64,000 nucleotides of DNA. Source: Trypanosoma brucei (Eukaryota). The stretch spans positions 1,792,001-1,856,000 of the forward strand of contig CM000207.1 in NCBI GenBank assembly GCA_000002445.1, in the 5' to 3' direction. The notes beneath the pieces are model-generated. The model was not told the origin of the DNA. It did not search any database and saw only the letters and a list, made by a program, of their open reading frames with translations. The position numbers were made by a program, and so were the translations under genes. Each line of letters starts with the position of its first letter. Positions within the stretch are counted from its first letter, which is position 1. Shown one piece after another: positions 42,606 through 52,921 of this stretch.

Positions 42606-43034
42606 TAATCGATTATTCTGTGTGAGTTTTACGCCGCGTGTGCTATGTACTACTATTTTGTTCTTCTGTAGGTGATGTGATTTTGCATCCTTTTGTTTGC
42701 TTGCTCTTCTACGCCCAATTCCTGCTTTCCTTATTCCACTCTTATATATGTGAGTGACGTTGCGGAATGCGCTAATATCGGTGGGGCCATTTTATTTCGT
42801 GATATCTGTCATGGATTCTCTAGTGCTGCAGCTCCTCTACGTCGATTTCCCCCTTTTTTGTTGTTCTTTTCCTTTGCATCTCCTTCTAACCGGAACTACC
42901 AAAACATGAATGTTTTGTGCTTGTGTGTCTAATATACGTTTGGAAAATGGTCAAATGCATTTACAATATAGATATACTGGGCGCATTTGTCCCAAGATTT
43001 CAAAGTGGTGAGAAAGAGGTTTAAAAGTTAACGT

Positions 43035-46000
43035 ATGTCGAACGAGTACACGACGGCTGCAAGATTGCAACAACATCATCTTTCATCGGGTAGCGCCAAC
43101 ATGGACATGTGTGTTTACTCGAAATTGTTGGAGGGGTCCTCGACAATTCTGCAGGCAATCAACGCATTAACGCCACTGGCCCCGAAGGCAGCAAACATTG
43201 TTGAACGCGAGATCGTAAATTTTATGCGTGCGGCGACGCCCGAGCACCGCGTTCGATGTATATCGCAAATAACGGGTGCGCTTCGTGAACCAGCATTCTA
43301 CAATCAGCGTCATAAGAGGGGGTGTGCCACCTTTCTGCATAAACTTGCGGTACATTTTGTGTTTCCGCTTCTGTTGCACTCTTCCGTGCGGTATCTTCAC
43401 CGAGCCCTTGCCACCCTTGTCCGCACGGTGTACGTCGTGAGTGAGGATCTTGAGTTGTGTTTTCAAGAGGCATTTGTTACCGCGCACATAAAGCCTTGGT
43501 TTCGCGACGGGTGCCGCCCTAGTTTGTTGCAGCATCTTGACTCCACCGAACTGTCCCTGTTGAAGGATCCCATTATGAACTGGGTAAACTGCATAGATGG
43601 CACAATGTGTGTTGCCGTTCCGCTCTTTCCAGCAGTGTTTGCTAACACATTTTTCGACGTTGTTCCGCTTCTGGGCGACAGCCTGCAGTGGATGGTAGAC
43701 AATGCCTGCGCTGGATGTTCCCAGTCAGAATGTGGGAAAGGCAACAGCGGCATGCTTCTGGGCGAAGATTTGTCGTATGTCCGCTATGGCATCCGTGTTG
43801 TAACGACATATGTTCATAAATTTCTTCATCTTCTAGGTGATGTCCTGCATGAAGGGGAGGAACAAAAGATGGCTGAGGTGCAGGAGGATATATGCAAACT
43901 TTTCTCTTCTTCCTTGAGGATGCTTTCATCGGCAGTATTTCCAAAAGATGTTCTTAACGGTGCTGGACTCCTTGTATCCTCGCTTTTGACAATCCGCACG
44001 TGCGACGCATCGTTTTTACTTGAGATCTGTCGCTACTGCGGCGCCAGTGAAGTCCGTAAGGAGTCGAACTTCACTTCGGTTGCTGACGACGATGGTTGTA
44101 GCAAACGATGGACGGAAGAGTACGTTAGGGAGTTTGTGCAACTTGTGTGTTCCAGTGACCCTCAGCATGAGATATTGCAACGCTCCTTTTCACGAGACTC
44201 GTTGCGCCGAATATTCTATTCGTTCACTGCAAATGGTCGTTTCGCCTTGATGAAGGGTTTACTTGCGCATTTATCGACCCCTCTGCGCGGTAACATTGGT
44301 TCTGTTGGTGTGCTGCTGAAACCTGTTGTCCCTTTATTGGACAATCTCAGTTCCTATGCCGCCAGTGGGCGGCCCTTGGTTGCGGTGTACGACGTCATAA
44401 TTCCAGCTGCTATTTCTTATTGCTCCGCCCTCCATGTCCCAGACACGCGCTTCATGGCCATTCAAACTATAGATTCTGTTGTTCGACACCTTTCTTCTGT
44501 GTTTACATGCATTGCTGACCTACTCGAAACCACGCTTGAAGAAAGCGTCGTCGAAGGCACGACGCGTGTAGTGAAGAGGGGCGTGCAGCGTGCTGGCGGA
44601 GTTGGGTTACTGACTGAAACTGATCGCAAGGCACTAAGCGCACTGTGCGCAAATACTTCTGGACTTATGCGAGCGCTAAGCGAAGCAACAGAGGTAATCA
44701 TGGGGATGTGGGACGACAGTACACAGCATGTGGCCGGGCCGCTATATGGAGCATACAGCGAAATACTTGCTGTCCATTCCTCTGTTAGACGTTGCAACAC
44801 CCTTTTGTCGCAAGGTTCTGGTGCACCAAACCAGGAAGTCGATGCACTGGATGTTGCGGAGACCCTACATGTAATTCTGCCAATACCCAATGAAAGGAGA
44901 GGTAAGTACCACGCACTTTTGGCCCTTCTTGACGTTGTGCAGGTACCTCAGTTTCTCTTGGAGCTGCGTCAACATCGTGCTAAATGCAGCAAAGAAGGCG
45001 CTGCTGATTATTGTTCTGCAGTGACGCCCGATGATGTTTCAGAAGTTGATGCGCTCTGCGAATTCAGCAGAATGCTTCTTGGTGGCGCAATAAATCCCAA
45101 GGTAGGGAGCGCTGCTGGTGAAGTTTTTGCGAAAACGGCCAATTATATTCGTCTTTCGAGCGGTACTGAAACAGAAACTGAAAAACTGTTTTTTGGGGGT
45201 GTCATTGAGCCGTTGTTAAAGTCAATTGTGGTTCCCGGATATTGTGCACCTTTGCACGTCGAAGATGCGACACGTATCTCAAACATTGTGACACACATGA
45301 TCTCTCCGTGTCTGAAACGTGACGAGTCATACCTCCCAACCCTGTTGTCGCGTTTAGCAACGATGGTCGAAAGCGGGGATTGCTATTTCCGGCTGGGTCA
45401 AAGTATTGTTGAAATTTTACACCGTGCTCGTGTTGCTGGCAGGGATGTGAGCACTTATATTCATCCCAGAAGTCGCCTTTTCAAGGTTGTCCTCTCGAGT
45501 CTACAATCACATTCAAGCGAACTTCGTTATACCGCATTGGGTCTGTGCGTGCTCACCATGAAGAAGGCCGAGCCTGTGCATTACTGGCAGTGTCGCCTCA
45601 TGGAATGGTACATTAGTACTAATATGCACTCGGGAGGTGATTCGGCGGCCATGCGAAACCTTTTAGAAGTATACAAAAAATGGGCTCAGCGGCTGGTTGA
45701 CAGTTGTGCGAGCAAGTGCAGCAATCGTCGCAGGAAGGCAGAAGGGAACGAAACGAGCGATCAGTATAGAGATCTTGTCACCAAACACTTCGTTCGAACC
45801 GTGTCGTACATTGCACCGCACATTGGTGAGTCTGTAGAGTGGTGCCGCAATCTTTCGCTTGAACGACGCGTGACAGCGATGATGATATACTCATGCCTCC
45901 TCCGAAACTCCACTGAGGTTTTCACAGATACACAACTTCACGAACTTCAGGAGCAGTTACTTCCCGAAACCCTTGTCGAAGGTTTGCTAGAGTGTCTGTC

Positions 46001-49000
46001 ATCAGGTTGGGTGAAAGCACGCGAGTGTGCGTTTGGCATCCTTCAAACGTATTGCAAGTATGCTGCCAGCGCTGTATTTTCTGAGCGCCGCTTGGGTAAC
46101 CCGGTGGCGGCTAGTGATGCGAAGGCAGGGCTTTCCCATGCTCGCACGTACAAAAAGGCGGAAGGTGAGGTGTTGCGATATGTATTGGCCACATATTTCA
46201 CACCCGCTGCTAGGAAAGCGGCATCCGAGGACCCACAAAGAGAGTGCAAACGGCGGCTGGAATTAGTAAAACTCGAGATTGCTGCACTTCACGGCAAATT
46301 TGTCGGACTATGCCAATTGGGTACTAAGAAGGCATACCAACTTGTCAAACTTCATCCATTTCACGGTTCTCTTTCGCTTTGTGCAGCATTGCTATCAAAT
46401 GTCAAGGAGGTATGTACCACTGCTGACGGACTGCAAGAGTCGTGTAACCAGATGCTTCTGTGCTGCAATCAGGCTCTACAGAATTGTTCCCTACTTGTTG
46501 GGGGGGAGGCCAGCGGCTCTGCAAATGAAGGTGATGTGGACGTGGACTGTCGCGGGCACGCATTCGACAAAGGGAACCCTTGCGAGGAGGCGAGTATGCG
46601 TGCAGTTGTGAACAACACATGGCTCTGTATCCGCACAGCCGCCGCCGCAGTTGAGCGTGTCGTGGCTCTTGTCAGCATTGACAGTCTCGACTTCAAGGTT
46701 GTTCGTGGGGTGTGTTACGTGCTCGTGGAGTCTCTCCTTCGGACTAAGCACAATGGTGTGATGCGTGCGGTGCGTGGAGCACTGAAAACGATTGCTGCTG
46801 CTCTTCTTCGCTCGCGGGATGTAACCTGCCATACTCTCCCTTCTGAGATTCTGGAGTTTCTGTTGGGACCAGATGGCGTCACCTCCGTAAGTGTAGCGCG
46901 CATGCTGCGGCGCAGCCAAGGGTTGCCACATGCCCTGCTTGCTGTGCTTGAGGCGGAAGACATAGGCGTTCCTGCTACCCTCTTTCCCCAAGCTATGAAG
47001 AGGCTTCTTCATGTGGCAACCAATGCACATAGCAACGAGGGCGGCCCAGATTTGTGCCCCCCAAACGGTAATGATGAGCGGCGGACGCCCGAAGCTGATG
47101 GGGAGATTCGTCGTAGCCAGCGTTCAAACGCTCTGAACGTTTTGAAGTTTATATTTGAAAACAAATCATTTGCATCGCGCTCCGTGTCACACCTTGAAGA
47201 TGCATTTTGGATAGCGGCGTCCGGGTTCGATGATCCCAGTTGGGGCATACGGAACAGCTCACTGATGCTCTTTTCAGCTGTACTTCCCCGTTTCGTTGGC
47301 GAGCATCCCTCTACCGGTGGTGTAGGAGTGAACACCTCTCTCCACGACATTGCTATTCGTGCTCCCCGCGCAGTGGCCTTTGCGTACGAGGAGTTGGTTA
47401 AGAGCTTCACGAACCCCTCACCGAGCTTGGGAGTGTTTCCACTTCTGCAGATGCTTTCTATGCTAGCTCCCGATCCCCCCCATGTTATCACAAAGGCAAC
47501 TACGGTAAACCTGGAGGGAGAGGAACAAGAGCAACCTGACTCACAGCGCATCGTGAATGCAGTGGTACGCTGTGGTTCTTCAAGGAATCTCATGATTCGT
47601 GCTGCCTGCAGTGTCGCACTGACATCGCTTGTGCCACCGACTAACCTTGAGGGATTGTTTGCAGAGTTTTGTTCAGCGCTATCTGCATCACGAACCGCAG
47701 CGAACGCCTTACACGGCGTGTTGCTGCACCTTCAGCAGTTTCATACTTTCTACGTTGGAACGCTTCGTCGTCACGTGAAACCAAGGGCACTGAGCAGCAG
47801 TGTGACACCCACTGTGCAACTGCTTGTTAGCCGCCTTACTGTAGAGGGCCTTACTATTTCTCAGGGGAATTCTGCGCAGGAACCGGTGCTGTCACGGGCT
47901 TGTGTCCGCTGTCCAACAATAGCCGCCACCTTCTTTAGTGTCGCATCTGATGCACTATACCATGCAACAGTTGGTATGAAGGGCATTGAAAAAAAAGATA
48001 TCACCGATTCCGTCCGGTCGCTGGTGAACATTGGTGTTTCGACGCTACACTCTATACTGTGTACCGCCACCCCGCTGTACAGCCTTTCGCGCGCCTACCA
48101 TGCGGCTGTTGTGGAAAATATCACCCTTTTTGCACTGCTCGCTGTGCATTATCTGTCGGATATCACCACCCATCATGGAACACATGACGCATTATGGGTT
48201 GCGTTGCGCGATGTTTTCGCTTGCGATGCGAGCAAAATAATCATGTCTCATACCATGAACCACATAAGCTACCTAATGTCGAAGAATTGGTGGTCGAGTG
48301 AGATATCGGTTGGCGTTGTGAAGCAATTTGCTGTACGTATGAAGTGCGATCTTGTACACGCGGCTTTAACGATGTTGCGGGAGAGCCTTGGCGACGACAG
48401 ACATGTGAAAGGTCTGTCGTGCTTGGAGCTGTTACGTATGCAGTCTCAGTTGGAGTTTGTTGTTACCATGAGTAAGGAGGGGCTCATGTGTCTAGAGGCG
48501 CACAGTGAATTATTTGACGCAGTAGAGGACCTACTTCTACGGCGCATGGACCCCAGTGCTAAGCATTTTCTGCGCAATGCAGATGTGCATAGTTGGGCTA
48601 TTCGCTTTCTTGGTCTCCGTTGTACTTGTCATATGCCACACAACAAAGCCGTCTTGGAGATCATTACACATTACTGTCTTCCCACAGTGAATGTACAGAC
48701 GCGATTAGCGGTAGTGGATTCACTGAATGATAGTTTCTTGGCGGGTGTCGTAACAAGCCCCGCTGCCGCCGCTACTACTTCTACATTTACTAAGCAGCGA
48801 TCTGTTTACCTCCTTGTTTTGCTTCAGCTCCTGTTCGACGACGCCTATGATGTGCGCACTGCTGCTTGCCGTGTCGTCTCACGTCTCGTATTGGCGGCGG
48901 CTTTGCCACTTGACCACACAAGTTGTGTGATCGCTCTCGTGTCGCTTCTTCGCTCGTATTGTTCCACTGGGGAGTTGTCACCGGTGATGGTAAAGCAACA

Positions 49001-49295
49001 TCTTCTAAAGAATACGGAATGCTGTCTTTCCGGCTCTGCAAATAAGGATACGTGTGGTGACGATGATGATGAAGGGAGTGATGAAGAAGGCGTGCTCTTC
49101 GAAAAGGAGGCGGATAACATGTTTGCCGAGGGTTCGTTGCTTGCCTTTCTTGCAACCGTAATTACACGGGAGGGGGCTGACTGCGTGCCGGTTTTTTCGG
49201 TGTACACTGAACTAGTGAACGTTTCGGAACGGTGCGGTAACCCGGCGGTCATGTACGGTGCGCTGCTGGATGAGCCGTCGCCATGTGGCGCCTGA
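43035..49295 (+). CDS. large conserved hypothetical protein (2086 aa), predicted all-alpha HEAT/ARM-like repeat architecture
   Basis: Uninterrupted 6.26-kb ORF from ATG 43035. It is Leu/Ala/Val-rich and Cys-rich with a helical-repeat character throughout, and has an acidic patch near the C-terminus (GDDDDEGSDEEG). I recognise no enzymatic motif. Possibilities such as a THADA-like or other large scaffold protein cannot be tested here. Confidence 0.75.
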   Translation: MSNEYTTAARLQQHHLSSGSANMDMCVYSKLLEGSSTILQAINALTPLAPKAANIVEREIVNFMRAATPEHRVRCISQITGALREPAFYNQRHKRGCATFLHKLAVHFVFPLLLHSSVRYLHRALATLVRTVYVVSEDLELCFQEAFVTAHIKPWFRDGCRPSLLQHLDSTELSLLKDPIMNWVNCIDGTMCVAVPLFPAVFANTFFDVVPLLGDSLQWMVDNACAGCSQSECGKGNSGMLLGEDLSYVRYGIRVVTTYVHKFLHLLGDVLHEGEEQKMAEVQEDICKLFSSSLRMLSSAVFPKDVLNGAGLLVSSLLTIRTCDASFLLEICRYCGASEVRKESNFTSVADDDGCSKRWTEEYVREFVQLVCSSDPQHEILQRSFSRDSLRRIFYSFTANGRFALMKGLLAHLSTPLRGNIGSVGVLLKPVVPLLDNLSSYAASGRPLVAVYDVIIPAAISYCSALHVPDTRFMAIQTIDSVVRHLSSVFTCIADLLETTLEESVVEGTTRVVKRGVQRAGGVGLLTETDRKALSALCANTSGLMRALSEATEVIMGMWDDSTQHVAGPLYGAYSEILAVHSSVRRCNTLLSQGSGAPNQEVDALDVAETLHVILPIPNERRGKYHALLALLDVVQVPQFLLELRQHRAKCSKEGAADYCSAVTPDDVSEVDALCEFSRMLLGGAINPKVGSAAGEVFAKTANYIRLSSGTETETEKLFFGGVIEPLLKSIVVPGYCAPLHVEDATRISNIVTHMISPCLKRDESYLPTLLSRLATMVESGDCYFRLGQSIVEILHRARVAGRDVSTYIHPRSRLFKVVLSSLQSHSSELRYTALGLCVLTMKKAEPVHYWQCRLMEWYISTNMHSGGDSAAMRNLLEVYKKWAQRLVDSCASKCSNRRRKAEGNETSDQYRDLVTKHFVRTVSYIAPHIGESVEWCRNLSLERRVTAMMIYSCLLRNSTEVFTDTQLHELQEQLLPETLVEGLLECLSSGWVKARECAFGILQTYCKYAASAVFSERRLGNPVAASDAKAGLSHARTYKKAEGEVLRYVLATYFTPAARKAASEDPQRECKRRLELVKLEIAALHGKFVGLCQLGTKKAYQLVKLHPFHGSLSLCAALLSNVKEVCTTADGLQESCNQMLLCCNQALQNCSLLVGGEASGSANEGDVDVDCRGHAFDKGNPCEEASMRAVVNNTWLCIRTAAAAVERVVALVSIDSLDFKVVRGVCYVLVESLLRTKHNGVMRAVRGALKTIAAALLRSRDVTCHTLPSEILEFLLGPDGVTSVSVARMLRRSQGLPHALLAVLEAEDIGVPATLFPQAMKRLLHVATNAHSNEGGPDLCPPNGNDERRTPEADGEIRRSQRSNALNVLKFIFENKSFASRSVSHLEDAFWIAASGFDDPSWGIRNSSLMLFSAVLPRFVGEHPSTGGVGVNTSLHDIAIRAPRAVAFAYEELVKSFTNPSPSLGVFPLLQMLSMLAPDPPHVITKATTVNLEGEEQEQPDSQRIVNAVVRCGSSRNLMIRAACSVALTSLVPPTNLEGLFAEFCSALSASRTAANALHGVLLHLQQFHTFYVGTLRRHVKPRALSSSVTPTVQLLVSRLTVEGLTISQGNSAQEPVLSRACVRCPTIAATFFSVASDALYHATVGMKGIEKKDITDSVRSLVNIGVSTLHSILCTATPLYSLSRAYHAAVVENITLFALLAVHYLSDITTHHGTHDALWVALRDVFACDASKIIMSHTMNHISYLMSKNWWSSEISVGVVKQFAVRMKCDLVHAALTMLRESLGDDRHVKGLSCLELLRMQSQLEFVVTMSKEGLMCLEAHSELFDAVEDLLLRRMDPSAKHFLRNADVHSWAIRFLGLRCTCHMPHNKAVLEIITHYCLPTVNVQTRLAVVDSLNDSFLAGVVTSPAAAATTSTFTKQRSVYLLVLLQLLFDDAYDVRTAACRVVSRLVLAAALPLDHTSCVIALVSLLRSYCSTGELSPVMVKQHLLKNTECCLSGSANKDTCGDDDDEGSDEEGVLFEKEADNMFAEGSLLAFLATVITREGADCVPVFSVYTELVNVSERCGNPAVMYGALLDEPSPCGA

Positions 49296-49730
49296 CATTA
49301 CGATGTGACACGTAGCGTTGTTAATTTAATAAAGAGGTGCAGCGAGCATCTACACATTGTGAGAATCGATTAAGGAAGTGGCTCCTATGAGCCTCTGTAC
49401 GATTTTTTACAAACAACTTTTTAACCGCTGTGGTATGTGGCGTTACGATGGCTCTTGCATTTCCCTGTGCGGGGTGGAAGAATTGCAATGCCAACGCTAT
49501 CCGTGTAGTGTGCGGATACCACAAAGTGGGCCACATTTGAATGTGTTCGGTGGTATTTTTACTAAAAGTTGTACAACGTACTTGATCGTAACTTCACGTA
49601 CGCCCATCATCTGGTCCGTATGATTTTCTCCTATATATTTTTTTTTCGTGGGGTTACATGGGATTTTATTACTAGAAACTGAGGGAAGTAAGTGGGTTTG
49701 GGGGAAGACATATCAAGTCTGAATTGGCAA

Positions 49731-50987
49731 ATGTCTGTTTCTAGTCAAATAGGCATAAGGCGACACGCCTTGTTGCCCTTTATCGGGAGTGTTGCAAGCC
49801 GCCGTAGCTTTCGAGGATGCCAATGGACTCATCACAGTTGCCGCTTCATGTCGTCCTGCAACCCTCTTCGTGGGTCCTTCAAATATCGTCACAACAGAAC
49901 ACTCCCTGAAGATGCAGTTAATCCATTAACGACCCCAACAAACGTCGACGCGGGAGTTCTTCACGTTGTTTCCGTGCCTATTGGTAACTTGAAAGACTTT
50001 TCTATTCGTGCACTTGATGTACTTCGACAAGTGGATTACATTGTAACGACGGACCGCCCTGCAACAAAGACACTCCTTGACCTTGTTCAAATTGAGTCCC
50101 AGGGCCGCTTAATTCATTATTCCCGTAGCAATCGCACGACAACGAAGGAGAAACTAGTTGAGCTCCTGTTGGGGGGCAGGAGAATGGCATTGGTGTGTAC
50201 GAGCGGAACACCATGCGTGGGTGATGTAGGCGGTGAACTGGTGCGGGAGATGCAGGCTGAAGGTGTTCGTGTCGCGGCGGTACCCGGGTCATGCGCTCTG
50301 ACATGTGCATTGGCTGTTGCTGGTGTCACAACTTCCCTTCACGAGGTTAGTGCGACTGCAGACACGAATCGGGCATGTGCTGCCAAGCGGCCGAGGATTG
50401 GCTCTCTCCGTGACGGTTCTTTTTACTTTGGAAATGTGCTTCCGGAATCTCATGGTGAGCGGTTGCGGGTCCTTCGGACGGCTGTAGGAGAGGCAACTCA
50501 CCCATGTGTTTTTTATGAGGTTCCCCGGCGTCTTTTGTCGGTTTTACAGGACATCGCACTCGTCCTTCCCAAACGACGCGTCGTACTAACACATGAACTG
50601 ACAAAGGTAAATGAATCTATACATGCAGATGTTGCAGAAAAGCTACTGTCTTTTTATTCGCGACAGGAGGCGAATATGCTGCTTAAGAAGGGGCAACTTG
50701 TCCTGATCATCGATGGGCCGGATGAAAACGAAATGCGGGAACGCTTAGAATGCGAAGCCCTAAAACGACAGCGACTGCGGAGGAGTTTTGCGTCGTTAAC
50801 CGGACGCTGTGGTAACATGGAGGAGAAAAATACTCACGATGTGGGGAAGACTAAAAGAATGAGGTTGTGCCGTCGGTCCTTATTGCGCAAGAAGCGGCGT
50901 GAGGCGCTTATTTCAAGAATAGAAAAAGAACAAGAGAGAATACGAATGACAATGTTGATTAACCGTACGGACGCAACAAGAGATTAA
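49731..50987 (+). CDS. RsmI-like tetrapyrrole-methylase-superfamily rRNA 2'-O-methyltransferase, probably mitochondrial
   Basis: The track ORF starts at a GTG at 49692; the first ATG is 49731. The N-terminal about 60 aa (MSVSSQIGIRRHALLPFIGSVASRRSFRGCQW...) is R/S-rich and lacks acidic residues, like a mitochondrial presequence. The core LHVVSVPIGNLKDFSIRALDVLRQVDYIVTTD matches RsmI [32 protein letters not shown]. The C-terminus is basic and Arg-rich. Confidence 0.8.
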   Translation: MSVSSQIGIRRHALLPFIGSVASRRSFRGCQWTHHSCRFMSSCNPLRGSFKYRHNRTLPEDAVNPLTTPTNVDAGVLHVVSVPIGNLKDFSIRALDVLRQVDYIVTTDRPATKTLLDLVQIESQGRLIHYSRSNRTTTKEKLVELLLGGRRMALVCTSGTPCVGDVGGELVREMQAEGVRVAAVPGSCALTCALAVAGVTTSLHEVSATADTNRACAAKRPRIGSLRDGSFYFGNVLPESHGERLRVLRTAVGEATHPCVFYEVPRRLLSVLQDIALVLPKRRVVLTHELTKVNESIHADVAEKLLSFYSRQEANMLLKKGQLVLIIDGPDENEMRERLECEALKRQRLRRSFASLTGRCGNMEEKNTHDVGKTKRMRLCRRSLLRKKRREALISRIEKEQERIRMTMLINRTDATRD

Positions 50988-51050
50988 GCCCTACCCACTA
51001 AGTTTAGGTATGACTTGGGTATTTGTCTACACTGGCAACTATGATTGTAG

Positions 51051-51068
51051 TCTCTTTTTTTTTTTTCG
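51051..51068 (+). promoter_or_regulatory. polypyrimidine tract (T15) upstream of 6PGDH
   Basis: tctctttttttttttttcgt about 415 nt upstream of ATG 51482. Other C/T-rich runs lie between it and the ATG. Confidence 0.4.
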
Positions 51069-51481
51069 TACACAAATATGCCCCGTTTCCTCGTCTTTGC
51101 TTTCACATTGTAACTATATATATGTATGAGCTGTTAACAAGGGGCCAGCTACATATTATTGTTTCACGTCAGTGTACGTGATTGTCCTTCATTTTTTTCT
51201 CGAGTGTTTCGTACCTCGTTTCACTTACTTGAACACATAAAAAGAATAATGCACATCAAGACTCCCCGCTTTGTATGTCATTCGTATTTTGAAAAAAAAA
51301 AGGAGAAAAGAACATAACCCTACACAAAGATTAAAGATAAGTTTTTATACATATATTTACTACCACATAAATTGTTGATATAATTACGAAGTGGCCTGTG
51401 GTGCAAACAACAGGAAACACCTGTGGAAAGGCATAAAAATAACTGTTGTTACTTTCAGGAAGGGGAAAAAGACGGAAGATC

Positions 51482-52921
51482 ATGTCAATGGATGTCGGTG
51501 TTGTCGGCCTCGGGGTGATGGGCGCGAACCTGGCCTTGAACATTGCGGAGAAAGGGTTTAAAGTTGCTGTGTTCAACCGTACGTACTCTAAGAGCGAGGA
51601 ATTCATGAAAGCGAATGCCTCTGCTCCATTTGCGGGTAATTTGAAGGCGTTTGAAACTATGGAGGCATTTGCAGCGTCACTCAAGAAACCTCGAAAGGCC
51701 CTCATCCTGGTGCAGGCGGGCGCGGCTACGGACTCAACAATTGAACAACTTAAGAAAGTGTTTGAGAAGGGAGATATCCTCGTTGATACCGGTAACGCGC
51801 ATTTTAAGGATCAGGGACGCCGCGCCCAGCAGCTGGAGGCGGCAGGTCTCCGGTTTCTTGGGATGGGCATATCCGGGGGCGAGGAGGGTGCACGCAAAGG
51901 GCCAGCCTTTTTCCCTGGAGGGACGCTTAGTGTGTGGGAGGAAATACGACCAATTGTTGAGGCCGCCGCAGCTAAGGCAGATGATGGCCGGCCCTGTGTG
52001 ACGATGAACGGCAGCGGCGGCGCGGGATCATGCGTGAAGATGTACCACAATTCGGGTGAATACGCCATTTTGCAAATTTGGGGTGAGGTTTTTGACATCC
52101 TTCGGGCAATGGGACTGAACAACGATGAAGTTGCTGCCGTTCTTGAAGATTGGAAATCAAAGAACTTCTTGAAGTCTTATATGCTCGATATCTCAATTGC
52201 AGCCGCGCGGGCAAAGGATAAGGATGGAAGTTATCTTACGGAGCACGTGATGGATCGTATTGGATCGAAGGGCACCGGCTTATGGTCCGCCCAAGAGGCT
52301 CTCGAGATTGGAGTCCCTGCGCCCAGTTTGAACATGGCTGTCGTATCGCGGCAGTTCACAATGTATAAAACTGAGCGTCAAGCGAATGCCAGCAATGCAC
52401 CCGGTATTACTCAATCCCCTGGATACACTCTCAAAAACAAAAGCCCCAGTGGGCCCGAAATTAAGCAGCTCTACGACTCTGTGTGCATTGCCATTATCTC
52501 ATGCTACGCTCAAATGTTTCAGTGCCTGCGTGAGATGGACAAGGTGCATAACTTCGGACTCAATCTTCCAGCTACCATTGCAACTTTCCGCGCCGGTTGC
52601 ATTTTGCAGGGCTACCTTTTAAAACCCATGACTGAGGCATTCGAAAAGAATCCCAACATTAGCAATCTCATGTGTGCATTCCAAACCGAGATCAGGGCAG
52701 GACTACAGAATTACCGCGATATGGTGGCACTTATCACATCAAAGTTGGAAGTGTCCATTCCTGTGCTGTCGGCCTCCCTCAATTACGTTACTGCGATGTT
52801 TACGCCAACACTCAAGTATGGGCAACTTGTGTCGTTGCAGCGGGATGTGTTCGGTCGGCACGGCTACGAAAGGGTGGATAAAGACGGCCGCGAATCATTC
52901 CAATGGCCTGAGTTGCAATAA
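51482..52921 (+). CDS. 6PGDH: 6-phosphogluconate dehydrogenase, decarboxylating (pentose-phosphate pathway)
   Basis: The track ORF starts at a TTG at 51446; the first ATG is 51482. The N-terminus MSMDVGVVGLGVMGANLALNIAEKGFKVAVFNRTYSK is the Rossmann NADP-binding motif. The 6PGDH substrate-binding region and C-terminal helical domain follow (GMGISGGEEGARKGPAFFPGG, HNSGEYAILQIWGE). At about 479 aa and with this sequence it matches my memory of the T. brucei enzyme. Confidence 0.95.
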   Translation: MSMDVGVVGLGVMGANLALNIAEKGFKVAVFNRTYSKSEEFMKANASAPFAGNLKAFETMEAFAASLKKPRKALILVQAGAATDSTIEQLKKVFEKGDILVDTGNAHFKDQGRRAQQLEAAGLRFLGMGISGGEEGARKGPAFFPGGTLSVWEEIRPIVEAAAAKADDGRPCVTMNGSGGAGSCVKMYHNSGEYAILQIWGEVFDILRAMGLNNDEVAAVLEDWKSKNFLKSYMLDISIAAARAKDKDGSYLTEHVMDRIGSKGTGLWSAQEALEIGVPAPSLNMAVVSRQFTMYKTERQANASNAPGITQSPGYTLKNKSPSGPEIKQLYDSVCIAIISCYAQMFQCLREMDKVHNFGLNLPATIATFRAGCILQGYLLKPMTEAFEKNPNISNLMCAFQTEIRAGLQNYRDMVALITSKLEVSIPVLSASLNYVTAMFTPTLKYGQLVSLQRDVFGRHGYERVDKDGRESFQWPELQ

